DNA of 64,000 bases from SAR202 cluster bacterium (GCA_016872285.1 VGZZ01000009.1:820-64819), one strand, 5' to 3'. Shown: positions 46,475 through 56,133, numbered from the stretch's first letter. Program-made: numbers and translations. The notes: generated by a model not told the origin, from the letters alone.

Positions 46475-46493
46475 ATGCTCACGAAATGCTCAC
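46475..46493 (-). promoter_or_regulatory. Two exact 8-nt direct repeats (GTGAGCAT on the minus strand) with 11-bp phasing upstream of the small ORF
   Basis: The plus strand has atgctcac at 46475-46482 and 46486-46493. The minus strand reads gtgagcatttcgtgagcat, then 8 nt, then tcatcattag (-10-like). Confidence 0.5.
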
Positions 46494-46504
46494 AAGGCGG
46501 GGAG

Positions 46505-46537
46505 AAAATAAAAAGGCTGCCCACTCTAGGGCAGCCT
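46505..46537 (-). terminator. Intrinsic terminator of the TPR/BTAD regulator gene
   Basis: The minus strand reads aggctgccc-tagagt-gggcagcct followed by ttttTattttc. Confidence 0.7.
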
Positions 46538-46562
46538 GATGCGTCATGGATAGCGGACCCTT

Positions 46563-48649
46563 CTAGCTTCTTGAGGCCGCTTCCACACGGAGCTGCTCAA
46601 GGCTTTTTGGAGGCTTAGCGCCAAGTTCTTTTAAGCTGACGTCCGAATAGAGCCTGTAGCGTCTCAACGCCTCCGGTCGATTACCGGCGAGGAAACACAG
46701 CTTAATTAACTCCTCGTGGGCGCCAATGTCGGTCCGGTCATAATGGAGGGCTTTCTCTAGAAGCGCAGCCGCTTCATCAAAGTTGCGTCTCGCCAAGTGG
46801 AATCCCGCTAATTGGGACAAGGCCCTTAGATATTGGATTTCGGCATCGTTGCGAATGGTTTCAGCCCACTCCGAGTAGAACTCTTTAATGAAACCGCCCT
46901 GGTATAGTTCGACAGCCTTGCCGAGCAGTTCCGTTCGCTCCGCATCCATGCGCGGAAGCTTCTCCGCCCGTTCGATTAAATCCCTGAACTCCTCCAAGTC
47001 GAACCTGAGAAGGCCTTTGGAGTTGATTTTATATGTTCCGCCTTCCTGGATAAGGCATTCTTTGTAGAGGGCTTTTCTGGCTCGATAAACGTTGTTGTAA
47101 AAAGCATTCCTGCTGAGGCTGGGCGAGAGCTCCGGCCATAAGATTTCCAGCAGCTCTTCTCTCCGCCTGCCTTCTCGATGGCACAAAAGGAAAAGAACAA
47201 CTCTTTGGCCTTCTGGCTCTCCCATTGGGCCTGAGTTATCTTTTCACCGTCTACCAGAACCTGGGCATCGCCGAAGCTGATGACTTCCAGCCTGGGGTAC
47301 GTGGGCGTCAACCTGGGCGAGATAATAGCAGGATCAGAGACCTCGATGTCCTTTTCCTGGGCGACTTTGAGACGAGCATACACTTCCACGAAGAGATTCT
47401 CGCCAATCTGCCTCTTGGCCCCGTATTTCATCACCTCAATCATTCGCCGGCCTTCAAGGCACAACAGCTCTTGGAGGTCCAGGCGGCGCACCAGGGTGGC
47501 GAGGTCCAGCAGGGATTGATCCAGCTCAGGCCAGCCGCGCAACCGGTAGAGAACATCCGCTTGGCCCAGCCTGGCCTTAACTACCTCCCGCACCGCTCCC
47601 GCGCCCTCCAGGGTGTCTATTGACTCCTGGATCTTGACCTTGGCCTTATCCAGATTCTTGTCGGCGGCGTCCAGGAAGCCCTGGGCCAGGGTGATCAGTC
47701 CGAGCTCATATTTGAGTCCCAACCGCCTGGCCTCATAATTAGCCTGCAGGAAGTGAGTCCTGGCCTGGTCACGACGTCCCACGGACATGTACACATTGCC
47801 GATACCCATGTTGGCGTAGCATAGGAGCCGCGGTTCCAGGGCGTCCCGGGCCGGGTCAAAGCTGCTGCGATAGTGCTCCAAGGCCTCATCGAAACGGCCC
47901 TTTTCCTTGAGGGCGTCGCCGATACCCATAAGCGCGATGGCTTCCACCCGCCGGTAATTGTGCTCTTTGGCCAAATTGAGGCCCTGGTGGAAATAGGTCA
48001 GCGCCTGCTCAAATAACCCCATGTCGGCGTAGGACTGGGCGAGATTGTTCAGCACCTCGCTTAGCTCCAGCCGGTTTCCAATCTTCTCGTAGCAGGAGCG
48101 GGCGTGGTTGAAATGCACCTGGGCTTCAGAGAGGCGACCCAGATGGGCGAAAGCCGTGCCCAGGTTGTGATGGACGGCGGCGCTCAGGTTCAAGTCCCCG
48201 GAGCGGGCGCAGAGACCGAGGGCTTCCTCCAGGTATTGTATGGCCTGGTCCAAATCGCCCGTGGCGCCGTAGATAAGTCCTAGCTGGCGAGAACCCTCTA
48301 TCCTCATCTCAGGAGCTTCAGCAGGACCTTTAAGCAGGGCCAGTCCGGCCTCCGCGTCTTCCAAGGCTACCTTGATATAACCTCTTAGACGAGAAGCCGA
48401 GGCCCTTAGCAGCAATGCCTTGGCGCGGACTGGCGTCGGAAGAACGTCGCCGTCGGACAGGATGCTGGTGGCTATGCTGACGGTCTCGTGAGGGCGCTGA
48501 AGCCTTAGCGCACATTCCGCTTGCAGCAGCATGAGGCCAGGGTCGAGCGTAGAGTCGGAGCCGGCCATGGCGCTGAGAGCAGCCTCCAGCTCCTGCCATC
48601 TTCCGCTGGAAGCTAGAGACTGGACCGCCTTATACCCAGTCTTGTTCAT
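46563..48649 (-). pseudogene. TPR-repeat + OmpR/SARP-type winged helix + BTAD transcriptional regulator, split into two frames by a 1-nt frameshift (pseudogene, sequencing error or recoding)
   Basis: Track ORFs 46976..48649 and 46563..47225 overlap by 250 nt. The winged-helix consensus runs across the frames: ..VLVDGEKITQAQWESQKAKELFF | LLCHREGRRREELLEILWPELS... The switch lies in a T-rich run at about 47185-47200. Confidence 0.7.
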
Positions 48650-48970
48650 TGTCCTCCAGGCCTTGAATCCGGCTTGACGAACTCAATCCTGTGTTCGAGG
48701 GCCTGTTGTTTATGCGCCAGGACTTGCCCTACCAGCCGAAAGAGGCAAGCCTGAAAGCGATTATGAAGCACCAGGGGTCTGGGCGACTTATAATGTACTG
48801 CGACTCTCCAAATAAGTCCACATTATTCACAGCATTCCCACACGATTTTACCGGCTATCACTCATTTTATGGAAACCCGCAGGCAGACGCCCAGTTAGAG
48901 CCATCGATGGATGCTGTACTATCGTACAGTATCAGCACTAGCTCTTGACGATCATTAGTGGAAGAATGAG

Positions 48971-51286
48971 CTACTTGCGGCCGTTCTTGCCGCGTCCGTT
49001 CTTGCACTCGCTCCACAGGGTCTCCAGGATGGCCCCGGGATTCATGGGCAGGCGCGTCATTCGCACTCCCAGGGCGCCGTGGATGGCGTTGGCTACAGCC
49101 CCCATAGGGGGCACGATGGAAGCCTCGCCGACGCCCCGCACACCGAAGGGGTGGCCGGGGTTGGGAACTTCGATAATAACGGTATCGATCATGGGCAGGT
49201 CCAGGCTGGTGGGCATTCGGTAGTCGAGGAGGCTGCTGTTGGCCATGTCGCCCTTGTCGTTGTAAAAGTACTCCTCGTTCAGCGCCCAGCCGATGCCCTG
49301 AACGCTGCCGCCCTGCATTTGGCCTTCCACGTAGCTGGGGTGCACGGCTTTGCCCGCGTCCTGGAAGGCGGTGAAGCGAAGGATATCCACCTTACCGGTC
49401 TCCGGGTCCACACGCACGTCCACAATGTTCCCCGCCACCGAGGCCCCGACACCTTTAGGATCTACCGTGCCCCGGCCCATAATAGGCCCGCCGGTGTCAT
49501 CCAGCTTGGCGGCCAGCTCCTTGAAGGTCATATTAAGTTCAGGGTCGGTTTTAGACTGGTAGACGCCCTTCTTCAACTCGACGCCCTTGGAGTCCACGTC
49601 CCAAATATCGGCGGCGCGCTGGATTAGCTGCCGCTTGGCGTCCTGGGCGGCCTCGTAGGCGGCGTAGCCGGTGGCGAAGGTGGTGCGGCTGCCGGCGGTT
49701 AGGGCGGTGTAACCGATGAGGTCTGTGTCCACTACTGTGGGGTGGACATCTTCGGCGGGGATACCGAGGACCTCGGCGGCCTGCATGGCGATGGAGGTGC
49801 GGGTGCCGCCGATGTCCGGGTTGCCTTCGACGAGGTTGATGGTGCCGTCTCGATTGACGGCGACATTGCAGCTGGAGGGCAGGCCCACGTTGAACCAGAA
49901 GCCGATGGCGACGCCGCGACCGGTGTTGGGTTCCTTCAGCTTAGACTTGTAGTGGGGGTGATCTTTCATGGCCTCTAGCATCTCGATGAGGCCGATGCGT
50001 TTTTGCGTAGGGCCGTCTACCCGCCGCGCACCTTCTTTGGAGGCGTTCATGAGACGGAACTCTATCTGGTCCAGGTCTAGCTTTCGCGCCAGCTCGTCGA
50101 CCATCTGCTCCATAGCGAAGGCGGCGTTGGGAGCGCCAGGGGCGCGGTAGGCGGCGGTCTTGGGCTTGTTCACCACCACGTCCAGGCCTTCCACCTCCAT
50201 GTTGGGGATGTCGTAGCAAGAGAAGATACACTGGGCCCCCGCGGATACGGGCGATCCCGGGAAGGCGCCAGCCTCGTAGGCGAGGCTGGCCTGGGCGGCG
50301 ACCATTTTTCCTTTCCTGGTGGCACCGAGCTTGACCTTCATGTAGGCGCCGCAGGTGGGGCCAGTGCCCTCCAGGACTTCCTTACGGGACATTACTATTT
50401 TGACGGGCGCGCCGGTCTTCTTGGAGAGGAGCGCCGCGACGGGCTCTAGATAGACAGGTATCTTGCCGCCGAAGCCGCCGCCGATTTCGGTGGGGATCAG
50501 ACGCACCTGGGAGGCTGGCATGTCCAGAAGCTCCGCCGTGGTGTCCCGGACGCCGAAGGGTGCTTGAGTGGTGCACCACACGGTCACACGTCCGTCCTGG
50601 TTCCAGTGGGCCACGGCGCTGTGGGGTTCGATATACCCCTGATGCACAGTCTTGTTAGTGAACTCGCGCTCGACGATGACATCTGCTTTGGCGAAGCCTT
50701 TTTCAACATCGCCCTGGGCGTGGAAAAGCCGCCGCGCCACGTTGCTGGGCTTGGAGGGCTTTTTGCCGCTGCCTTCAGTAAACAGGTTGTCGTGGAGGAT
50801 GGGGGCATTGCGGTCGGCACCTTCCGGGGCGGTAAGGACCGGCGGGAGGACTTCATATTCGACTTTGATAAGAGATAAGGCTTCCTCCGCGATATGGGGG
50901 CTGGTGGCGGCGACGGCGGCGACGGCGTGGCCTCTGTACAAGGCCTTGCGGCTGGCCATGACGTTCTCTCGGATGTAGTCGAGCTTATCCGAACCTTCGC
51001 CCAGGTTTATGGTCTTGCCGGCTTTCATGGACGGAAAGTCCCGGGCGGTAACCACGGCTTTGACGCCATCCAGCTTGAGGGCCTTGCTGGCGTCGATGGA
51101 CTTGATGCGAGCGTGGGCATGAGGGCTGCGGAGTATCCTGCCGTAGAGCAGGCGGACAGGGTTGAAATCGGCGCCGTATTTAGCCGCACCCGTCACTTTG
51201 TCAGTGCCGTCATGGCGCAGGGGACGGGTACCCACCACGTCGAAGGTCTTGGTGGCAAGGACAACGTTGGGCTTGTAGGCCGCCAT
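48971..51286 (-). CDS. Xanthine dehydrogenase / aldehyde oxidase-family molybdopterin-binding subunit
   Basis: 771 aa with a typical XDH large-subunit layout (GGGFGGK, ..GEASIVPP..). No FeS or FAD subunit genes are adjacent. Confidence 0.85.
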   Translation of the reverse strand: MAAYKPNVVLATKTFDVVGTRPLRHDGTDKVTGAAKYGADFNPVRLLYGRILRSPHAHARIKSIDASKALKLDGVKAVVTARDFPSMKAGKTINLGEGSDKLDYIRENVMASRKALYRGHAVAAVAATSPHIAEEALSLIKVEYEVLPPVLTAPEGADRNAPILHDNLFTEGSGKKPSKPSNVARRLFHAQGDVEKGFAKADVIVEREFTNKTVHQGYIEPHSAVAHWNQDGRVTVWCTTQAPFGVRDTTAELLDMPASQVRLIPTEIGGGFGGKIPVYLEPVAALLSKKTGAPVKIVMSRKEVLEGTGPTCGAYMKVKLGATRKGKMVAAQASLAYEAGAFPGSPVSAGAQCIFSCYDIPNMEVEGLDVVVNKPKTAAYRAPGAPNAAFAMEQMVDELARKLDLDQIEFRLMNASKEGARRVDGPTQKRIGLIEMLEAMKDHPHYKSKLKEPNTGRGVAIGFWFNVGLPSSCNVAVNRDGTINLVEGNPDIGGTRTSIAMQAAEVLGIPAEDVHPTVVDTDLIGYTALTAGSRTTFATGYAAYEAAQDAKRQLIQRAADIWDVDSKGVELKKGVYQSKTDPELNMTFKELAAKLDDTGGPIMGRGTVDPKGVGASVAGNIVDVRVDPETGKVDILRFTAFQDAGKAVHPSYVEGQMQGGSVQGIGWALNEEYFYNDKGDMANSSLLDYRMPTSLDLPMIDTVIIEVPNPGHPFGVRGVGEASIVPPMGAVANAIHGALGVRMTRLPMNPGAILETLWSECKNGRGKNGRK

Positions 51287-51475
51287 AGCTTCACCTCTTA
51301 GTCAAGTTACTACACGACCAGGCAGGGGCGTCACACCTAATAATAGTCGGATGGCGGGGGGCATTCAAGATTGCCTGCTAATGATTTAGGACGCCGCTAA
51401 CAGGTGATTACGTTATACTTACGATACGCGCGACTAGGAGAAGTGACCAGATTGAGTCTCAAGCAAGCAGCGAAC

Positions 51476-52144
51476 ATGCCTTCAAAAAGTCTCCGAGCCA
51501 TGGTCCTGGACTTCGATGGTGTGGTGCTGGAGTCCAATCAGATCAAGGCTGAAGCCTTTCGACGCCTTTTCTCGGACTACCCAGAGCATGGCGACGCCAT
51601 TGTGAAGCTGCACCTTGCCCACGGCGGCATGTCGCGGTTTGAGAAGTTCCGCATTATATACCGCGATTTCTTGAAGAAGCCTCTAGGTGACGATGAGATG
51701 GAGCGGCTGAACCGGGCCCTTGGCAACCTTGTCGACGGGCAGTTGATGGTGTGCCCATTTGTCCGCGGCGCTGAAGAGTTTTTGAAGACGATGGCGCCAA
51801 GGTACCCGCTGTTCATTGCATCGGGCACGCCGCAGGAGGAGCTTCGCGGCCAGATGAAGCGCCGGGGCATTGCCGGGTATTTCAAGGCGATATACGGGTC
51901 GCCCAGGAAGAAGGCCCAGATACTGAAAGACCTTATGGCTGAGTTTAGCTTGACGCCCGGCGAGGTGCTGTTCATTGGCGACGCCATTGACGATTACCAC
52001 GGGGCTGTGGAGGCAGGCACACCCTTCATAGCACGAGTGCCAAAGGGGAAAAACAGCCCATTTCCTAGCGAGGGTGTTCTGATGACTGTTCAAGATTTGG
52101 CGGACCTGACGCGGTGCTGGGACGCTCCGACAAAAACCAGCTAG
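51476..52144 (+). CDS. HAD-superfamily hydrolase
   Basis: MVLDFDGVVLESN (DxD motif I) and GDAIDD (motif IV). The start is uncertain: ATG 51476 or TTG 51452. Confidence 0.75.
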   Translation: MPSKSLRAMVLDFDGVVLESNQIKAEAFRRLFSDYPEHGDAIVKLHLAHGGMSRFEKFRIIYRDFLKKPLGDDEMERLNRALGNLVDGQLMVCPFVRGAEEFLKTMAPRYPLFIASGTPQEELRGQMKRRGIAGYFKAIYGSPRKKAQILKDLMAEFSLTPGEVLFIGDAIDDYHGAVEAGTPFIARVPKGKNSPFPSEGVLMTVQDLADLTRCWDAPTKTS

Positions 52145-52202
52145 ACCTGCGGACGTTCTTGCCCATCGCAACTCCCGCGCTATGCTATAATTGATTTATT
52201 AA

Positions 52203-52225
52203 CTGGCCCGAAGGCCAGTTTTTTT
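52203..52225 (+). terminator. Intrinsic terminator / possible typA leader attenuator
   Basis: ctggcc-cgaa-ggccag followed by ttttttt. It ends 14 nt before the typA ATG. Confidence 0.7.
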
Positions 52226-52239
52226 GACGTAAAGGGACT

Positions 52240-54069
52240 ATGGCCTTACCTCTTCGAAATATCGCTATCATCGCCCACGTGGACCACGGCAAGACTACAC
52301 TGGTGGACGCCCTGCTGAAGCAGGGCCAGGTCTTCCGGGAGAACCAGGCCGTGGGCGAACTCATAATGGACTCCAACGAGCTAGAGCGTGAGAAGGGCAT
52401 TACTATACTGGCCAAGAACACGGCTATCACATATCGCGGCGTCAAGATTAACGTCATCGATACGCCGGGGCATGCCGACTTCAGCGGCGAGGTGGAGCGG
52501 GTACTGAATATGGCCGACGGTTGCCTATTGGTGGTGGATGCCGTGGACGGGCCTATGCCGCAGACCCGGTTTGTGCTGCGCCATGCCTTCCGGAAGGGCC
52601 TGAAGCCTATTGTCGTAATCAACAAGATAGACAGGCCCTTTGCCAGACCACAGGAGGTGGTGGGGCTGGTGCAGGACCTGTTCCTAGAACTGGCGACGGA
52701 AGACAGCCAGCTCGATTTTCCAATTCTCTACGCCAACGCTAAGGGGGGCTACGCGCTAGAGAAGCTGGAGGACACGCCCAAGAGCCTAGAGCCACTTTTC
52801 GAGGCTATTCTCAAGCATGTGCCGCCGCCATCGGGCAACCTGGAGGGCGGGTTCCAGATGCTGGTGACGGCGCTAAACTATTCCAGCCACATCGGCCAGA
52901 TAGCCATTGGACGCATTGCGCGGGGCAAGATCAAGGTGGGCGACTCGCTGGCGCGCATCACCCGCTCCGGCGCGATGAGCAAACACAAGGCCACAAACCT
53001 TTACGTGTACCAGGGCTTGCAACAGAAAGAGGTCACCGAAGCCGAATCGGGCGAAATCATTGCGCTGGCGGGTTTGGAAGACGCTGCTATCAGCGACACC
53101 ATTACCGCCGAGGAGGCACCGGAGGCACTCCCAGGCATCGACATAGGAGAGCCGACGGTGCAGATGACCTTTGGCGTCAGCACATCGCCGTTCTCAGGGC
53201 AGGACGGCAAGTATTTGACCTCCCGACAGCTTAGGGACCGGTTGCAGCGGGAGCTACGGACCAACGTCAGCCTTCGAGTGCAGGATACGGACAGCGCCGA
53301 TGTTTTCCTGGTATCAGGGCGCGGCGAGCTTCATCTGGCGATACTCATCGAGACCATGCGGCGCGAGGGGTATGAGTTCCAAGTCTCCAGGCCTGAGGCT
53401 ATCATAAAGGCGGTAGACGGGCAGAAGATGGAGCCTTACGAGCAGCTGTTCCTGGACATCACTGAGGACTCCATTGGCCTGCTGACGGAGAACCTGTCGG
53501 CGCGGCTGGCGCAGATGACGGACATGCGGCCTACGGGACAGGGCCGGCTGCATGTGGAGTATAAGATTCCGACTCGCGGCCTCATTGGCTTCCAGCGGTT
53601 CTTTATGAAGGCGACGCGAGGCAACGGGGTAATGAACTCGATATTACTGGGCTACGAGGCGATGCAAGGGGACTTGAGGTCTACCAGGACGGGAGTGATG
53701 GTGGCGTCGGAGACGGGGACGGCGGTGGCCTACGGCCTCAATCACGCGCAGGAACTCGGGTCCACTTTTGTAGAACCGGGAATGGCGATTTACGAGGGTA
53801 TGATAGTGGGGATGCACGCGCGGGACCGGGATATGGAGGTCAACGTCTGCAAGGAAAAGAAGCTGACCAATATCCGATCATCGACCTCAGACATCGCTGT
53901 GAAGCTCAGCCCGCCAATTCGGATGACCTTGGAGGAGGCGCTGGACTTCATCGTCGATGACGAGATGGTGGAGGTCACGCCGAAGAACATACGCCTTAGG
54001 AAGCGCGTCCTATCCAATGCTGAGCGTTACCGCCAGGGACGCGATAAAGCTGTAGCGGGGCGGCGCTAA
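52240..54069 (+). CDS. typA: Translational GTPase TypA/BipA
   Basis: 609 aa: AHVDHGKTT, DTPGHADF and NKID. Confidence 0.95.
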   Translation: MALPLRNIAIIAHVDHGKTTLVDALLKQGQVFRENQAVGELIMDSNELEREKGITILAKNTAITYRGVKINVIDTPGHADFSGEVERVLNMADGCLLVVDAVDGPMPQTRFVLRHAFRKGLKPIVVINKIDRPFARPQEVVGLVQDLFLELATEDSQLDFPILYANAKGGYALEKLEDTPKSLEPLFEAILKHVPPPSGNLEGGFQMLVTALNYSSHIGQIAIGRIARGKIKVGDSLARITRSGAMSKHKATNLYVYQGLQQKEVTEAESGEIIALAGLEDAAISDTITAEEAPEALPGIDIGEPTVQMTFGVSTSPFSGQDGKYLTSRQLRDRLQRELRTNVSLRVQDTDSADVFLVSGRGELHLAILIETMRREGYEFQVSRPEAIIKAVDGQKMEPYEQLFLDITEDSIGLLTENLSARLAQMTDMRPTGQGRLHVEYKIPTRGLIGFQRFFMKATRGNGVMNSILLGYEAMQGDLRSTRTGVMVASETGTAVAYGLNHAQELGSTFVEPGMAIYEGMIVGMHARDRDMEVNVCKEKKLTNIRSSTSDIAVKLSPPIRMTLEEALDFIVDDEMVEVTPKNIRLRKRVLSNAERYRQGRDKAVAGRR

Positions 54070-54071
54070 GC

Positions 54072-55172
54072 CTAAGCCGCGGCGACCAGTCCAGTTACGC
54101 GACGGCCCATCTCAGCGGTGCTAAGGGGCTTGCTTCCTGGCTTGGCTATGTCAGCAGTCCTATAACCGTCAGCCAGAGCCAGCTCCACTGCCCGCTCTAT
54201 TGACTCGGCCTCTCGATTTAAGCCCAAGGACAGCCGCAGCATCATAGCGACGCTTAAAAGGGTGGCTACGGGATTTGCGATGCCTTTGCCAGCGATGTCA
54301 GGGGCGCTGCCGTGGATAGGCTCATAGAGTCCCAGTGCAGGCCCACCAGCACTCTTGGCGGAGGGGGCGAGGCTGGCGGAGGGCAGCATGCCCATGGAGC
54401 CTGCCAGCACGGCGGCTTCATCAGTCAAGATGTCGCCGAAGGTGTTTTCGGTGACTATTACGTCGAACTTGGACGGGGCGCGGACTAGCTGCATGGCTGC
54501 TGTGTCTACCAGCATGTGATCTAAGGCTACGTCCGGGTACTCTCTCGAAACTTCAACAGCTAGTTCCCGCCACAGGCGGGACGTTTCCAGCACGTTGGCC
54601 TTGTCCACCGAGATGAGTTTTTTACGACGCGTCCTGGCTAGTTGGAAACCTACATGGAGGATGCGGCAGATCTCGGCCTCAGTGTAGCGGAGGGTATCGA
54701 CACCGCGGCGGCCGGTGGGGGTCTGCCACCGACGTTTAGGTTTGGCGAAATAGAGGCCGCCGGTGAGCTCTCGCACCACCATCATGTCGACGCCCTTGAG
54801 GACTTCGGCCTTAACGGGGCTGGCGTCGATAAGCTGCGGGAACACTTTGACGGGCCGCAGGTTGGCGAAGAGGTTTAATCCCTTGCGCAGCGCCAGCAAC
54901 CCTTGCTCGGGTCGGACTTTGGCTTTGGGGTCGTCCCATTTGGGGCCGCCTACCGCGCCGAAGAGGATGGCATGGCTACGGCGGCACATCTCCAGAGTCT
55001 CGTCGCGCAAGGCGACGCCATGCTTGTCTATGCTTACTCCGCCGATGTCGCCGTAGGAGAGCTTGAAGGCATGACCGTAGAGGCCGCCCACGGCGCCGAG
55101 GGCTTTGACGCCCTGCTCGACGACCTCGGGACCGATGCCGTCGCCTGGGAGGACTGCGATGGAGAAGTTCAT
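54072..55172 (-). CDS. leuB: 3-isopropylmalate dehydrogenase
   Basis: 366 aa: [21 protein letters not shown] and [14 protein letters not shown]. Confidence 0.95.
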   Translation of the reverse strand: MNFSIAVLPGDGIGPEVVEQGVKALGAVGGLYGHAFKLSYGDIGGVSIDKHGVALRDETLEMCRRSHAILFGAVGGPKWDDPKAKVRPEQGLLALRKGLNLFANLRPVKVFPQLIDASPVKAEVLKGVDMMVVRELTGGLYFAKPKRRWQTPTGRRGVDTLRYTEAEICRILHVGFQLARTRRKKLISVDKANVLETSRLWRELAVEVSREYPDVALDHMLVDTAAMQLVRAPSKFDVIVTENTFGDILTDEAAVLAGSMGMLPSASLAPSAKSAGGPALGLYEPIHGSAPDIAGKGIANPVATLLSVAMMLRLSLGLNREAESIERAVELALADGYRTADIAKPGSKPLSTAEMGRRVTGLVAAA

Positions 55173-55765
55173 TAGGCTATGCCTGCCTTACGTTCGTAGG
55201 CAGTGATTTTGTCCTCATTCAGCAGGGAGAGGCCGATGTCGTCCAGACCGTTGAGGAGACAGTAGCGGCGGAAGGGGTCGACTTCGAAGGAGGCCTCGAA
55301 GCCCTCCGAGTCCGTAATCATCTGAGCCTCTAAGTCCACGGTCACCTTATACCCAGGCTTGGTCTTGGCCCTAGACATCAGAGTTGCCATCTGCTCATCG
55401 GTCAACTGGACGGGCAAGAGACCGTTTTGGAAGCAGTTGTTGCGGAAAATATCGGCGAAGCCGGAGGCGATGACGGCGCGGAAGCCGTAGTCGCCCAGGG
55501 CCCAGGGGGCATGCTCGCGGGAGGAGCCGCAGCCGAAATTGCGGCCGGCCAGCAATACCGTGGCGCCTTTATAGCGGGGCTGGTTCAGGACGAATTCAGG
55601 ATTGGGCTTGCCGTCGGGGAGGAAGCGCCAGTCGTTGAAGAGGAACTGGCCGTAGCCGGTGCGCTCGATGCGCTTGAGGAACTGCTTGGGGATGATCTGG
55701 TCGGTGTCGACGTTGACGCGGTCGAGGGGGGCGGCGACGCCGGTGTGTTTGGTGAAGGGTTGCAT
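55172..55765 (-). CDS. leuD: 3-isopropylmalate dehydratase small subunit
   Basis: 197 aa: [17 protein letters not shown]. Confidence 0.95.
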   Translation of the reverse strand: MQPFTKHTGVAAPLDRVNVDTDQIIPKQFLKRIERTGYGQFLFNDWRFLPDGKPNPEFVLNQPRYKGATVLLAGRNFGCGSSREHAPWALGDYGFRAVIASGFADIFRNNCFQNGLLPVQLTDEQMATLMSRAKTKPGYKVTVDLEAQMITDSEGFEASFEVDPFRRYCLLNGLDDIGLSLLNEDKITAYERKAGIA

Positions 55766-55987
55766 CTAGTTCTCCCTTGTCGAAAGCTTCTTCAATACAT
55801 CTTCAAAGCGAATATAAGGCTCATGGGCAGTTTCTTCAAAGGCAGCCAAATCCTCAGCGTCCTCTTCCAAAACGTGACGCACCGCCTCATTGACCAGGCT
55901 GGAAAATGACTGGCTGGTATTTGATTCCTTCAACCTAAGCGCCTCATAGAGATCAGCGTTTATGTAAACTGTGGTTTTCTTAAGCAT
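55766..55987 (-). CDS. Ribbon-helix-helix (CopG/antitoxin-like) protein
   Basis: 73 aa. The N-terminal pattern KKTTVYINADLYEALRLKE looks like an RHH beta-strand plus helix, and the tail is acidic. Its TAG stop abuts the leuD ATG. The region is AT-rich relative to its flanks. Confidence 0.6.
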   Translation of the reverse strand: MLKKTTVYINADLYEALRLKESNTSQSFSSLVNEAVRHVLEEDAEDLAAFEETAHEPYIRFEDVLKKLSTREN

Positions 55988-56133
55988 GGCGGCTTATTTT
56001 CTAGTGTCTAAAACCCTTACTCGTATAATGCCAAGCCTTGGCTCTGCATCCAATTTTTTGCAGTAAAATGGTCTACGATTATGTTCTTTTTTAAGGTGAT
56101 AGATAGCTGATGATTCTAACTTCGTACAACGAA

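Noticed and set aside
46976-47225. Reading the two regulator ORFs as genuinely separate overlapping genes
   Set aside because: The winged-helix domain is split across the two frames, so neither product would have a complete DNA-binding domain. A single frameshifted gene explains the data better.
48691-48948. 85-aa plus-strand ORF in the spacer between the Mo-enzyme and regulator genes
   Set aside because: It has no RBS, odd composition, lies in AT-richer non-coding DNA with palindromes, and has no recognisable motif.
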